From Oscillospiraceae bacterium (lineage in GTDB: Bacteria; Bacillota; Clostridia; Oscillospirales; Ruminococcaceae), in assembly GCA_045578805.1 (NCBI GenBank), contig JAZNKY010000057.1, forward strand, positions 4,333-68,332: 64,000 bases of DNA, in the 5' to 3' direction. Shown in pieces: positions 9,238 through 17,755 of this stretch. Numbering within the stretch: position 1 is the stretch's first letter; every line of letters begins with the position of its first letter. Below the pieces are notes generated by a model. It ran no database searches, had not been told where the DNA came from, and was given only the letters and a program-made list of their open reading frames with translations. The translations under genes were made by a program, and so were the position numbers.

Positions 9238-9792
9238 TTACGGCGAGCAGACGCATACTTCCGCCCCTTGCTCATCCAGAGAATAAGAACCGGAATAGAC
9301 TATCAGATCGCTTTTTCTGCCGGATTCCAGCAGTTCGACATGCTCTGCGTGATATTCTACAAGATTTGCTTCTGTATCAATATTGTACTGCAGGGTAAAA
9401 TCCGTCACATTCCACCAATTGAACTGGTAGGAATAGAAAGTGAACTTGGTATCCGGAAGCTCTTCCACAGAAAAGCTGTAATGGTACGGACCGTATTTAT
9501 TTCCCTTGGTGGAAAGCTGGAATCCGTTACCCGTTACGGTTACGCGGCTTTTGTAAGCGGAATAGATGCTGTCCTCCGCGATCTGTGCAGGCTGTCCGTC
9601 GATGGTGACGGTCACTTCACCATTGATGCGGTTGCCGGGATACAAACGATAATATATCTTCGGCATACAAAGCCGCAAAAAAGCTGCACCTGCGAGAAGA
9701 ACCGCAATGCCGATGGCGATCACTTTCAGGGGGCTGCGCTTCTGTATTTCGTTCGCTGTTTCGGGTGTATTGGCTGTTGTCTGTGCGTCCAT
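9238..9792 (-). CDS. Hypothetical single-pass membrane protein
   Basis: 184 aa; one TM helix (VIAIGIAVLLAGAAF) then a beta-rich Tyr/Ser/Thr domain. GGAGG RBS and a consensus promoter upstream. No family motif recognised. Confidence 0.6.
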   Translation of the reverse strand: MDAQTTANTPETANEIQKRSPLKVIAIGIAVLLAGAAFLRLCMPKIYYRLYPGNRINGEVTVTIDGQPAQIAEDSIYSAYKSRVTVTGNGFQLSTKGNKYGPYHYSFSVEELPDTKFTFYSYQFNWWNVTDFTLQYNIDTEANLVEYHAEHVELLESGRKSDLIVYSGSYSLDEQGAEVCVCSP

Positions 9793-9817
9793 GGGATAAC
9801 CTCCGTGTTTTTTCTAT

Positions 9818-9846
9818 ATTATAGCACAAAAAACGAGGGGTGTCAA
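9818..9846 (-). promoter_or_regulatory. Perfect-consensus sigma-70 promoter for the 9238..9792 gene
   Basis: Minus strand TTGACA (9841-9846), 17 nt, TATAAT (9818-9823), about 25 nt upstream of the RBS. Confidence 0.6.
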
Positions 9847-9971
9847 CATAAAACATCACAGTCACATGCAAATCAATTTTTCTTTATCAGGCTCTGCCTA
9901 AACTGCCCACCCCATGTGATTTCACTATTGCCAAAGACTGCCATCCTTTGAAATTGATTTGTGTGTTACGG

Positions 9972-11558
9972 TCACCGCCTGCATTCCACCGCGATCCTGT
10001 CTGCGATCTCGCGGAAGATGGGGGCGGCGGCATCATTGCCGAAGCCGCCGTCCTCGACCAGAACGGTAACCGCATATTGCGGTTCTTCGATCGGAAAATA
10101 GCCCGTGATCCATGCGTGGCAGTATTCCACACCGTCCTCGTCATACCGTCCGGTCTGCGCGGTGGAGGTCTTGGCGGCGGCGAACAACAGCTCGGGCACG
10201 GCATTCGATTCCTCGTTTTCATTGATTGCCGAGATCATCAGGCTTTGCAGATGGTAGGCAGTGTTTCGCGGGAGTGCCTTGGCATACATGGGGGGCTTTT
10301 CATTTTCCACCGTTTCACCGTCCAGTGAATAGCCCGCGATCAGGCGCGCTATGGGCATTTCCCCATCATTGGCAATGCCGCAGGTCATCTGGCAGATCTG
10401 CAAAGGGGTTGCCGTCAGGAGTCCCTGTCCGAAGCAGAAATTCGCCTTTTCTGCCGGAAGCCCCAGCTCTGCTTCCGTTGGCAGATTACCGGCAGCGGAG
10501 ACCATGCTGCTGGTCAGATGGATCTGCGTGCCGAAGCCGAGGTTCTGGGCGGTCGTGCGCAGGATCTCCGGCTGGAGGTACTGGCTCAGCTGGACGAAAT
10601 AGGTGTTGCAGGAATGGATCATCGCCTGGCACATATCCACCATGCCGTGTCCGCGCCAGTCGTGACAGCGGAAGAGCTGACCTGAAATTTCGGTTTTGCC
10701 GGTGCATTCCTCCGCATAGCGCGTGAGTCCCTGCGTATAGGTCGAGGCAGCGGTCACGAGCTTGAAGATCGAGCCGACGCTGTAGGTGTACAGGCAGCGG
10801 TTGATGAAGGGGCTGTTTTCATCCTCCAGTGCATCCGCGAGGCGTTCGGGGGAATAGGTTGGAAAGCTTGCCATTGCGAGAATGTCGCCGTTCTTCGTAT
10901 CCATGACGAGAATCGCGCCTTTTGCAATGTCCGCTCCGACTTCCTCACAGATCCGCTGAATACGGGCATCCAGAGTGGTCACCACACTGGCGTTGCGGTT
11001 CTGAATGGGGGATGTCTCCGGAGCAATGCCGCGCAGGACGTTTCCCACTGCATCCACGGTGTATGTGACCTCTGCGGCATCGCGTTCAGCACGAAGGATG
11101 CTGTCATAATCCGACTCCAGCCCTGTTACGCCCTTCCCTTCCAGGGTGTAGCCGATCACATGCTGTGCAAGCTGGCTGCTGCTCCGGCGGAGGGGGGCAT
11201 CCACTACGATGATCTCCTCCGATGCAAATGCATCCGTATCCACACGGCAGACAAAGGGTTCTCCGCTTTGCAGACCGGCGATGAGATCCTGTGCGGAAGC
11301 CATATGGGGCAGAAGCTCCGCCACAGATTCCGGCGTTGGCAGGACAACGGCGTAGTGTGCCGTTTCTGCATTGACCAACGGTACAAAATTGCGGTCGTAG
11401 ATCGTTCCCTCCGCGCTGGCGGCGGTGATGGTATACCGGCTCTGACGGAGGGATGCCTGTGCATAGCCGCCGTTCTTCATGTGGACGGCAATGACAGCAA
11501 CAAGGAGCGTATAACCCATGACGAGGGCGGCGGCGATGAATGTCATTCTGCGGTACAT
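9972..11558 (-). CDS. Penicillin-binding protein, class B transpeptidase (FtsI/SpoVD/PBP2 family)
   Basis: N-terminal TM anchor; SxxK (SIFK), SxN (SCN) and K-T-S (KTST) active-site motifs in order. Confidence 0.9.
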   Translation of the reverse strand: MYRRMTFIAAALVMGYTLLVAVIAVHMKNGGYAQASLRQSRYTITAASAEGTIYDRNFVPLVNAETAHYAVVLPTPESVAELLPHMASAQDLIAGLQSGEPFVCRVDTDAFASEEIIVVDAPLRRSSSQLAQHVIGYTLEGKGVTGLESDYDSILRAERDAAEVTYTVDAVGNVLRGIAPETSPIQNRNASVVTTLDARIQRICEEVGADIAKGAILVMDTKNGDILAMASFPTYSPERLADALEDENSPFINRCLYTYSVGSIFKLVTAASTYTQGLTRYAEECTGKTEISGQLFRCHDWRGHGMVDMCQAMIHSCNTYFVQLSQYLQPEILRTTAQNLGFGTQIHLTSSMVSAAGNLPTEAELGLPAEKANFCFGQGLLTATPLQICQMTCGIANDGEMPIARLIAGYSLDGETVENEKPPMYAKALPRNTAYHLQSLMISAINENEESNAVPELLFAAAKTSTAQTGRYDEDGVEYCHAWITGYFPIEEPQYAVTVLVEDGGFGNDAAAPIFREIADRIAVECRR

Positions 11559-11609
11559 AGAAAACCTCCCGGACTCTTTTTATGGAGAGTTTGGGAGGGT
11601 TTTGGGGGA

Positions 11610-12101
11610 TTATTCATTCAAAAATTGTTTATTGTATAGGAGCAGATCCTCACTTTCCGGGCGGTTGGCATGGTATGCATCAATGATGTGCTTGTGTCTG
11701 CTGTGCAGCAATGTCAGTGTAGAATCCCAGCCTACGATCTGAACCTCTGCCAGCGGATGCTCCATCGTGAGCGGGGTTTTCCAGAAATTCGGATTTCCAT
11801 CCGCATATGGCAAGGGATATTCCAGCACTTTTTCAAGGGGAATATCTTTCTGAAATCCAGAAAGCACACCCCAGATCAGCTGAAATTCATAACGATCTGC
11901 AAGCTTTGTCAGATCTGATCCGCTTATCCATGTATATTCCTGCAAACCAAGCTGCTGCACTTCATCAAGAATATGATAAGTGACGCAATCCGTAATCAAC
12001 CAGTTATATTCATTCTGCACATTCCCGATCGCCGGAAACACATCACACAAATAAGTAAAACGTTCTCCCTTATCCAGAATTGCGCCATAGATCATGCTCA
12101 C
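11610..12101 (-). CDS. Hypothetical protein (visibly lower G+C than its neighbours)
   Basis: 163 aa ORF whose ATG overlaps the dtd stop (ATGA at 12098-12101). No motif recognised; composition judged by eye only. Confidence 0.6.
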   Translation of the reverse strand: MSMIYGAILDKGERFTYLCDVFPAIGNVQNEYNWLITDCVTYHILDEVQQLGLQEYTWISGSDLTKLADRYEFQLIWGVLSGFQKDIPLEKVLEYPLPYADGNPNFWKTPLTMEHPLAEVQIVGWDSTLTLLHSRHKHIIDAYHANRPESEDLLLYNKQFLNE

Positions 12102-12532
12102 CCCTCCAGAATGACCGTAAACGGTCCGTCATTGCACAGGCTCACCTGCATCATCGCCCCGAAGATGCCGTGTTCCACGTTCTTCACCTGCGGACGCAGG
12201 CAGTCCATGAAGTATTCATAAAGATGCTCCGCAAGATCGGGCTTTCCGGCATGGCAGAAGCTGGGGCGGTTCTTTTTGCAGTCGGCATAGAGGGTGAACT
12301 GGGAGATCACCAGCACTTCGCCCTCCACATCATTGATGGAGAGATTGGTCTTGTCATTTTCATCGGAAAAGATGCGAAGCTTTACGAGCTTGTCTGCAAG
12401 CTGTTTTGCGGTCACTTCGGTGTCATTCTCGCCCACGCCGAGCAGAACGAGGTAGCCCTTACCGATTTTGCCGACGGTTTCGTTTTCAACTGTGACGGAT
12501 GCTTCTGTTACACGCTGTACGACTAATTTCAT
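12098..12532 (-). CDS. dtd: D-aminoacyl-tRNA deacylase
   Basis: MKLVVQRV... N-terminus and SQFTLYAD motif. Start moved from ORF-track 12712 to ATG 12532, which has a GGAGGAAT RBS. Confidence 0.93.
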   Translation of the reverse strand: MKLVVQRVTEASVTVENETVGKIGKGYLVLLGVGENDTEVTAKQLADKLVKLRIFSDENDKTNLSINDVEGEVLVISQFTLYADCKKNRPSFCHAGKPDLAEHLYEYFMDCLRPQVKNVEHGIFGAMMQVSLCNDGPFTVILEG

Positions 12533-12560
12533 GGTATTCCTCCGGTTTGCGTTTTCTTCT

Positions 12561-12589
12561 ATTGTAGCATATTTTCGGGCGGATGGCAA
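12561..12589 (-). promoter_or_regulatory. Candidate dtd promoter
   Basis: Minus strand TTGCCA (12584-12589), 17 nt, TACAAT (12561-12566). Confidence 0.5.
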
Positions 12590-12631
12590 GCATTTCCGGA
12601 AAATTCCCTTGCGGACGAACGCAAAACATCC

Positions 12632-12660
12632 TTGCATTTTCTCCTGAAATATGGTATCAT
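12632..12660 (+). promoter_or_regulatory. Candidate maf promoter
   Basis: TTGCAT (12632-12637), 17 nt, TGgTATCAT (12652-12660). Confidence 0.5.
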
Positions 12661-12693
12661 AGATACAGCATATTTTTTGAAAGGATGGTTCAT

Positions 12694-13287
12694 ATGGGAC
12701 TGATTTTAGCATCGGCTTCTCCGAGACGGCAGGAGCTTCTGAAACGGATTACGGAGGATTTCACGGTGCATCCGGTGGATGCGGATGAAACACTGCCGGC
12801 GGGTATTCCGGTGGAGATCGCGGCGGTATACTTAGCGGACATCAAGGCAAAGGCGGCGGCAGAGGCATTTCCGGAGGATGTTGTGATCGGCTGTGACACG
12901 ATTGTCGTACTCGAAAATGAGATCATGGGCAAGCCCGAAAACCGTGAGGATGCGTTCCGAATGCTCCGGAAGCTCTCCGGTCAGACGCACAAGGTCATGA
13001 CTGGCACGGCACTGTACTGCGGCAAGAAAAGCACGGTATTCACCACGGAAACGAACGTCACATTCTATGAGCTGACGGATGCGGAAATTGAGCAGTATCT
13101 GGATACGGGCGAGCCGTTCGACAAGGCGGGGGCTTATGGGATCCAGGGCTTCGGCTGTCTGCTGGTACGCGGCATTGAGGGCGATTACAACAATGTGGTC
13201 GGTCTGCCGGTGGCGGCTCTTTCGCGCGCGCTCTCGCAGTTCCAGCGGGCTGTGGCACATCCGAAGATCCAGCTGAGGAAGCAGTGA
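12694..13287 (+). CDS. maf: Maf-like nucleoside triphosphate pyrophosphatase (septum formation protein Maf)
   Basis: LILASASPRRQELL N-terminal signature and AGAYGIQG block. Start at ATG 12694 after AAAGGA. Confidence 0.9.
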   Translation: MGLILASASPRRQELLKRITEDFTVHPVDADETLPAGIPVEIAAVYLADIKAKAAAEAFPEDVVIGCDTIVVLENEIMGKPENREDAFRMLRKLSGQTHKVMTGTALYCGKKSTVFTTETNVTFYELTDAEIEQYLDTGEPFDKAGAYGIQGFGCLLVRGIEGDYNNVVGLPVAALSRALSQFQRAVAHPKIQLRKQ

Positions 13288-13751
13288 TGAAACAGGTACT
13301 GGTCAAATCCGTATTCGATGCGTTCGAGTATGTGATGGGGCATTATTACTGCCACGGCATGGAGGAGCTTGCAGAATTGCAGGACAGCTATGCGGTCATT
13401 TCGATACAGGATGCCATCCCGGGCGGCTTCGGGATACAGTTTCAGGAAACGAAATTCTGCAGAGGTGTGCTGACGCTGTATTTTGACGATATTGTGCAGG
13501 AAACAGAGGACGCAGTGCTGTTCAGCAAGGAACACGCGGCGCAGATCCTCGATTTCATCGAGGCGCACAGGGATGTGGACACACTGCTGGTACACTGCTA
13601 TGCGGGGCAGTCGCGTTCCATGGCGGTGGGGGCGTTCGCGGTGAAGCTGCTCGGCGGGGATAACCGGAGCTATTTTCTGAAAACCGCGCTGAACCAGCAT
13701 ATTTATAAGACGCTGGACAGGGTTTGGTTTTTGAGGAGGATGGGGAAATAA
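13284..13751 (+). CDS. Predicted Cys-based protein phosphatase (COG5350-like small PTP)
   Basis: HC-x5-R(S) P-loop LLVHCYAGQSRSMAVG preceded by LTLYFDDI, matching the layout of small bacterial PTP-like proteins as I remember it. ATGA overlap with the maf stop. Confidence 0.65.
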   Translation: MMKQVLVKSVFDAFEYVMGHYYCHGMEELAELQDSYAVISIQDAIPGGFGIQFQETKFCRGVLTLYFDDIVQETEDAVLFSKEHAAQILDFIEAHRDVDTLLVHCYAGQSRSMAVGAFAVKLLGGDNRSYFLKTALNQHIYKTLDRVWFLRRMGK

Positions 13752-13754
13752 AAT

Positions 13755-14264
13755 ATGAATGAACAGCAAAGGCAGTTTTTTCAAATGCTCAAAGGTTTGC
13801 AGGAAGAAAGTGTTCTGAACACCTTGCAGGATTTCAGGCAGAAACCAACAGAGGACATGCTATATCATGCCACCTTTGAGATGATGAGTAGACTTCTTAC
13901 CTATTTGGATGGGTACTGCACTGACAGCAGTTTTCATCTTGTGCACCGTGAAACGGGGATACCGCTGAAATGCGCTCCATTTCTGGAGCTTCATGATACC
14001 ATGAGCGAATATTTAAAATTTCAAAAGACTCCTGACATGCTGGACGGCGCAGAGATTCTGGAATATTCCGCAATTGGTAATTACGGACACTGTGACGGAA
14101 CGGACATTTGTTATCTTGCCATCTGCCGCTATGTCGGTGATGCGAAATATTACCTCTTTTACTGTAATGCAGATTGGGCAGTCATGCAGGATGACTGCTG
14201 GGATTCTGCGGAGGAATGTCGGAATATTGCAGAGCAGTATGGTGTGACACAGTGGTACAGATGA
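13755..14264 (+). CDS. Hypothetical protein (lower G+C, Cys/Tyr/Trp-rich C-terminal half)
   Basis: 169 aa ORF starting 3 nt after the phosphatase-like gene. No family motif recognised. Confidence 0.55.
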   Translation: MNEQQRQFFQMLKGLQEESVLNTLQDFRQKPTEDMLYHATFEMMSRLLTYLDGYCTDSSFHLVHRETGIPLKCAPFLELHDTMSEYLKFQKTPDMLDGAEILEYSAIGNYGHCDGTDICYLAICRYVGDAKYYLFYCNADWAVMQDDCWDSAEECRNIAEQYGVTQWYR

Positions 14265-14282
14265 ATATGAGAAAACCAAATT

Positions 14283-14405
14283 AAACGCGGAGCTATTGCT
14301 CCGCAAAAGGGGTTCGGGGACGAAGTCCCCGAAATAAATCCCCTCCCCCTCTGGGGGAGGGGAAGGGGTGGGGGCAGATTTGGGGTGCTAACCCCAGAAA
14401 AAGAC
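14283..14405 (+). repeat. Family-A G+C-hairpin cluster repeat, copy A1 (inverted relative to A2/A3)
   Basis: Hairpins 14287-14304, 14316-14330, 14340-14362, 14381-14396. The reverse complement aligns with 50122-50184 (TCTTTTTCTGGGGTTAGCACnCCAAA..TGCCCCCACCCC..CCCCTCCCC) and with GGGGACTTCGTCCCC. Confidence 0.8.
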
Positions 14406-14421
14406 TCTTTTAACAAATTGA

Positions 14422-14456
14422 CCTGCTGATGCGGAGATTTGCATCAGCAGGTTTTT
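14422..14456 (+). terminator. Intrinsic terminator after the maf operon (abuts the convergent mraY-like stop)
   Basis: CCTGCTGATGC-ggagattt-GCATCAGCAGG followed by TTTTT. Confidence 0.75.
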
Positions 14457-14457
14457 G

Positions 14458-15429
14458 TTATCTCAGTACAAACATAAAGATCAGACCGACTGCGCAGATC
14501 AGGATCTGCAGCAGAGTGAAGCGGATGACAACCTGTGTATCGCTCCAGCCCTTGTTCTTTCTGGCGTGGTCATGGATGGGGGTGCGGAGATTTTTCATGA
14601 AGTTCTTCGCCTTGAAAACGCGGATGACCGTGAGCTTCACAAGTCCCAGACCGCCGTCAATGATGAGCAGGATGGTCATGGGGATCCAGAATACCGGTGT
14701 GCCTGCCACCATGAATGCCATTGCAAGCAGAAGTCCGAGGGAACGTGAACCGGCATCGCCCATCAGCACACTGCTCGGAGAGCAGTTCAGCCAGAGGTAA
14801 ACCAGCATAACGCCGAGCATGATCAGCACAATGTTCATCACGCCGTTCTGTTCGTCCGCCATGTAGAGCAGCAGCACGGATGCGGACAGTGTGACCATTG
14901 CCAGGGAGCAGCACAGACCGTCCACGCCGTCGGTGCAGTTGGTCACGTTGATGCTTGCCCAGATCAGGATCGTGCCGAGGATGACATAGAGCACCGCCGG
15001 AACTGTGAAGTATGTGTCGAACAGCGGCAGCCAGATCGTTCCGCCGTGGAAATAGTAGACGGTGATGGAAACGCCGACAGCAACCACCAGATCAATGATG
15101 CCTTTTTTCAGCTCGCCCCAGGGCTTTTCGGATGCATCGTCGAGGTATCCGCTCATCATTTCTATGAACAGAGCCGCGAGATAGATGATGTATTCCAGCT
15201 TCAGCGGAACTGTGATCACACTGGCAATCACAAGCGCGACGATCATGACAATACCGACACCGCGTGTTTTTCCGACAGATAATGCACCGTTGACCGCAAA
15301 TTCCCTGCCCTGATCCTTGGGCAGATATTTTCCGAAATACTTGATGCCGAGGGCTGTCAGCACCATGCCAAGCACAAAGCCGACCAGCTGTGCTGTACCC
15401 ATCGGTAATGATTCAATTAAATGTAGCAT
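14458..15429 (-). CDS. mraY: Phospho-N-acetylmuramoyl-pentapeptide transferase family protein (MraY-type, divergent)
   Basis: 10-TM-like protein with NVTNCTDGVDGLC (NxxNxTDGxDGL) and C-terminal PIHDHARKNKGWSDTQVVIRF (MraY PIHHHFExxGW block, middle His replaced by Asp). Confidence 0.78.
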   Translation of the reverse strand: MLHLIESLPMGTAQLVGFVLGMVLTALGIKYFGKYLPKDQGREFAVNGALSVGKTRGVGIVMIVALVIASVITVPLKLEYIIYLAALFIEMMSGYLDDASEKPWGELKKGIIDLVVAVGVSITVYYFHGGTIWLPLFDTYFTVPAVLYVILGTILIWASINVTNCTDGVDGLCCSLAMVTLSASVLLLYMADEQNGVMNIVLIMLGVMLVYLWLNCSPSSVLMGDAGSRSLGLLLAMAFMVAGTPVFWIPMTILLIIDGGLGLVKLTVIRVFKAKNFMKNLRTPIHDHARKNKGWSDTQVVIRFTLLQILICAVGLIFMFVLR

Positions 15430-15453
15430 AATTCCTCCTGTTTCGTGACGGCA

Positions 15454-17742
15454 TTATACGCCTGCCTTTGCGGCAAAGATCAGAATACCTGCGGCATCCG
15501 CAGCATCAATGTCTCCGTCCTCATCATAATCAGCACGAAGCGTCCATTCCTCATCCGGTACCTCCGGTGTCTCGCCGGAACCAACAGCAGCTGCATAAAT
15601 CAGTACCTGCGCGGCATCTGCGGCAGTTACGGCACCATTATTGTCCGTGTCACCGCGCAGAACGGCGGGCTGTTCGCTGCCGAAGCGGATCACATATTCC
15701 GTGTCCAGGCAATTTTCCCTGGATACCATCAGCGTCAGTGTACTGCCTGTCACAGCAACCTCCGTCTTTTCTCCGGAAGGCAGTGCGGTTTCGCCGCATA
15801 CCACCGTACCGGCAGTAACAGGATAGAGCTGGAGGCTCTCCGGAGGCGCAGTCATATCGGACAGCTGGGCTTCATAAGCACCATCCGCTGTCTGTGTAAA
15901 TGCCAGCTGCTTCCATGCGCTGCCGTCGCTGTAATTCAGATAGCTCAGCTTGGCATAGCGCGAGGTATAGGACTGTGTATATTCTGTGCCGATGCCGTCC
16001 ACATATGCAGTGATCGTCATATCACCGTCAAAAACGATCGGCTTTTCATATGCTATGTAATTTTCCCCGCCGTCCGTGCTGTAATAGATCGTGCCGCCGC
16101 CGGGGCTTGTCAGGGAGATCTCCGTTCCCTGGGGAAGTGTCTTGTCATAGGTCGAGAAGATGACTGCGCCGACAGGGCTTGCCAGTGCCTTGACACAGAC
16201 ATTGCCGAGCATGGTCGTGGATTCCACATTGACGGTATTGCCGTTCTCGTCCTCGTAGCTGTGGACATCCTCTACGACCTCGTCGTACATATCATGCCAC
16301 ACTCTGCCGTTGGGGCTGTAGAAGCTCTCGTTTTCATTGAAATCACGGCGAAGCATCTCCATGGTCATCAGGTAGCCGTCATAGATTTCCACTGTTCCGT
16401 CCTCAAAAGTGGAAGTACTGCGGTAAGCAGCTTCGCTGGTGATATGCTGCCCCGCTTCGCCGGAAAGGCGCACTACAACGGAAAACCGATCACCCGCATT
16501 TACCTTAACGGGTTCCGCAAGTGTGATGGTCTGGTAGCCCATGGCGGACAGCGTACCGGAAGTGACCGCAGACGCAGTGCCGGAGATGGGTGAGGAAGCA
16601 AGCCGAAGATCAGTATAGATCGTGACCTCGTACTGCTCCTCCGGAAGTGCGGTGCAGACCATGACATCTGTTACATAGGTATCCTCTTCTGCAGTGAAGA
16701 TGTTCGCCATATAGGCGGTGGTATCCTCCGTTTCCACGGAAAGTGCCACACCGCATCCATAGTCATCATACTGGTAATTTCTGAGATCCTGCTGCACCGG
16801 TTCCGCCTTCAGATAGTAGGCTTCATAGACTGTCGGTTCAGCATAGGAAAGCCAGAAATAGCCGCAGTCGCCCCAATCCTCGCCCCAGCTGTTCTTGCAC
16901 AGCCATGCACCGTCCGTGCCGGGAGAAGTCGTGAAGTTATCTGCCGGGTAGGCATCATCCCAGCCGATCACACTGATGGCATGGTATTCGCCGCCGCTTT
17001 CCTCCTCTATCAGATCGCCGCTGAAATAATAGGCATTTGATGTCTTATTGAAGTAGCTGCCATGCTCAAAAAAGCTCATGGAAACGGCATGACCATCATG
17101 GATCGCCTGCTTGATCTCGTTCAGCTGTGCCGCATCCGCGGGAGAAGCATAGGCGAATTTGACCGCGTCCGTTACATGGTAATCCGCCTGGGCGCGTACC
17201 TCGTCCAGTGTGATCTCAGCATTGAGGACATCCCAGTCATCGTAGGGGCAGTCTGCTTCCTCCACCGGTCCGAGCCAGCCAGCGAGCATGGACGAAACGA
17301 TAGTGAAATTGCCGCCGTTGTTGAACCAGTTGAGGTTGTCGTTGCGCTGATAGCCGAATGCGTCGGCATAGCTGTAGTATGCCAGATGCCATTCCGAAAG
17401 ATCGATCTCCGGCGCATCCGCTGCAAGCGCGCTTTCTATGGATGCCATTGCGGCAAAGCTCCAGCAGGTGCCGTAAAGCTCCTGATCTCTGGCAGCGGTC
17501 GCATGTCCTGTTTTGCGCATGTCATATGCCGCCGGAAGTTCCTCCGCCGCTGCAGCTGCTTCGGAAACGATGGGGGCTTTGACAGTCTGGGTCAGACATG
17601 CCTTTTCGTATTGCTCATATGTATCAAAATGTCCGATATGCAGGGAGGATTCCCCTGCATCCTCCGCAAATGTCGTAAGGCTGCCCGCAGGCAGGGCAAG
17701 TGCGGCACACAGCAGACCCGCTGTGATTCGTTTCGTTTTCAT
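15454..17742 (-). CDS. Secreted papain-like (C1 family) cysteine peptidase with C-terminal dockerin
   Basis: Signal peptide MKTKRITAGLLCAALALPAG. Catalytic blocks QELYGTCWSFAAM (Cys), GGEYHAISVIGWDD (His), KNSWGEDWGDCGYFW (Asn-Ser-Trp). Ends in a duplicated Ca-binding dockerin segment. Confidence 0.85.
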   Translation of the reverse strand: MKTKRITAGLLCAALALPAGSLTTFAEDAGESSLHIGHFDTYEQYEKACLTQTVKAPIVSEAAAAAEELPAAYDMRKTGHATAARDQELYGTCWSFAAMASIESALAADAPEIDLSEWHLAYYSYADAFGYQRNDNLNWFNNGGNFTIVSSMLAGWLGPVEEADCPYDDWDVLNAEITLDEVRAQADYHVTDAVKFAYASPADAAQLNEIKQAIHDGHAVSMSFFEHGSYFNKTSNAYYFSGDLIEEESGGEYHAISVIGWDDAYPADNFTTSPGTDGAWLCKNSWGEDWGDCGYFWLSYAEPTVYEAYYLKAEPVQQDLRNYQYDDYGCGVALSVETEDTTAYMANIFTAEEDTYVTDVMVCTALPEEQYEVTIYTDLRLASSPISGTASAVTSGTLSAMGYQTITLAEPVKVNAGDRFSVVVRLSGEAGQHITSEAAYRSTSTFEDGTVEIYDGYLMTMEMLRRDFNENESFYSPNGRVWHDMYDEVVEDVHSYEDENGNTVNVESTTMLGNVCVKALASPVGAVIFSTYDKTLPQGTEISLTSPGGGTIYYSTDGGENYIAYEKPIVFDGDMTITAYVDGIGTEYTQSYTSRYAKLSYLNYSDGSAWKQLAFTQTADGAYEAQLSDMTAPPESLQLYPVTAGTVVCGETALPSGEKTEVAVTGSTLTLMVSRENCLDTEYVIRFGSEQPAVLRGDTDNNGAVTAADAAQVLIYAAAVGSGETPEVPDEEWTLRADYDEDGDIDAADAAGILIFAAKAGV
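15457..15660 (-). other. Type I dockerin module of the C1 peptidase
   Basis: GDTDNNGAVTAADAAQVLIY ... DYDEDGDIDAADAAGILIF: two EF-hand-like repeats typical of dockerins. Confidence 0.8.
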
Positions 17743-17755
17743 CTTAAATCTCCTA

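Noticed and set aside
12098-13287. N-terminal extensions in the ORF track for dtd (start 12712) and maf (start 12583). These would make the two divergent genes overlap by 130 nt.
   Set aside because: Canonical family N-termini (MKLVVQRV for Dtd, MGLILASASPRR for Maf) begin at internal ATGs that have proper RBSs. The extensions cover the divergent promoter region.
14159-14416. ORF 14159..14416 (-) and ORF 50057..50287 (+) share a peptide FSGVSTP(N/K)LPPP(L/Q)PLP..GRGF, suggesting a repeated small protein.
   Set aside because: The shared peptide is simply the translation of the family-A repeat leader and poly-C/poly-G hairpin. There is no RBS, the frames are not conserved outside the repeat, and one ORF overlaps the 3' end of a real gene.
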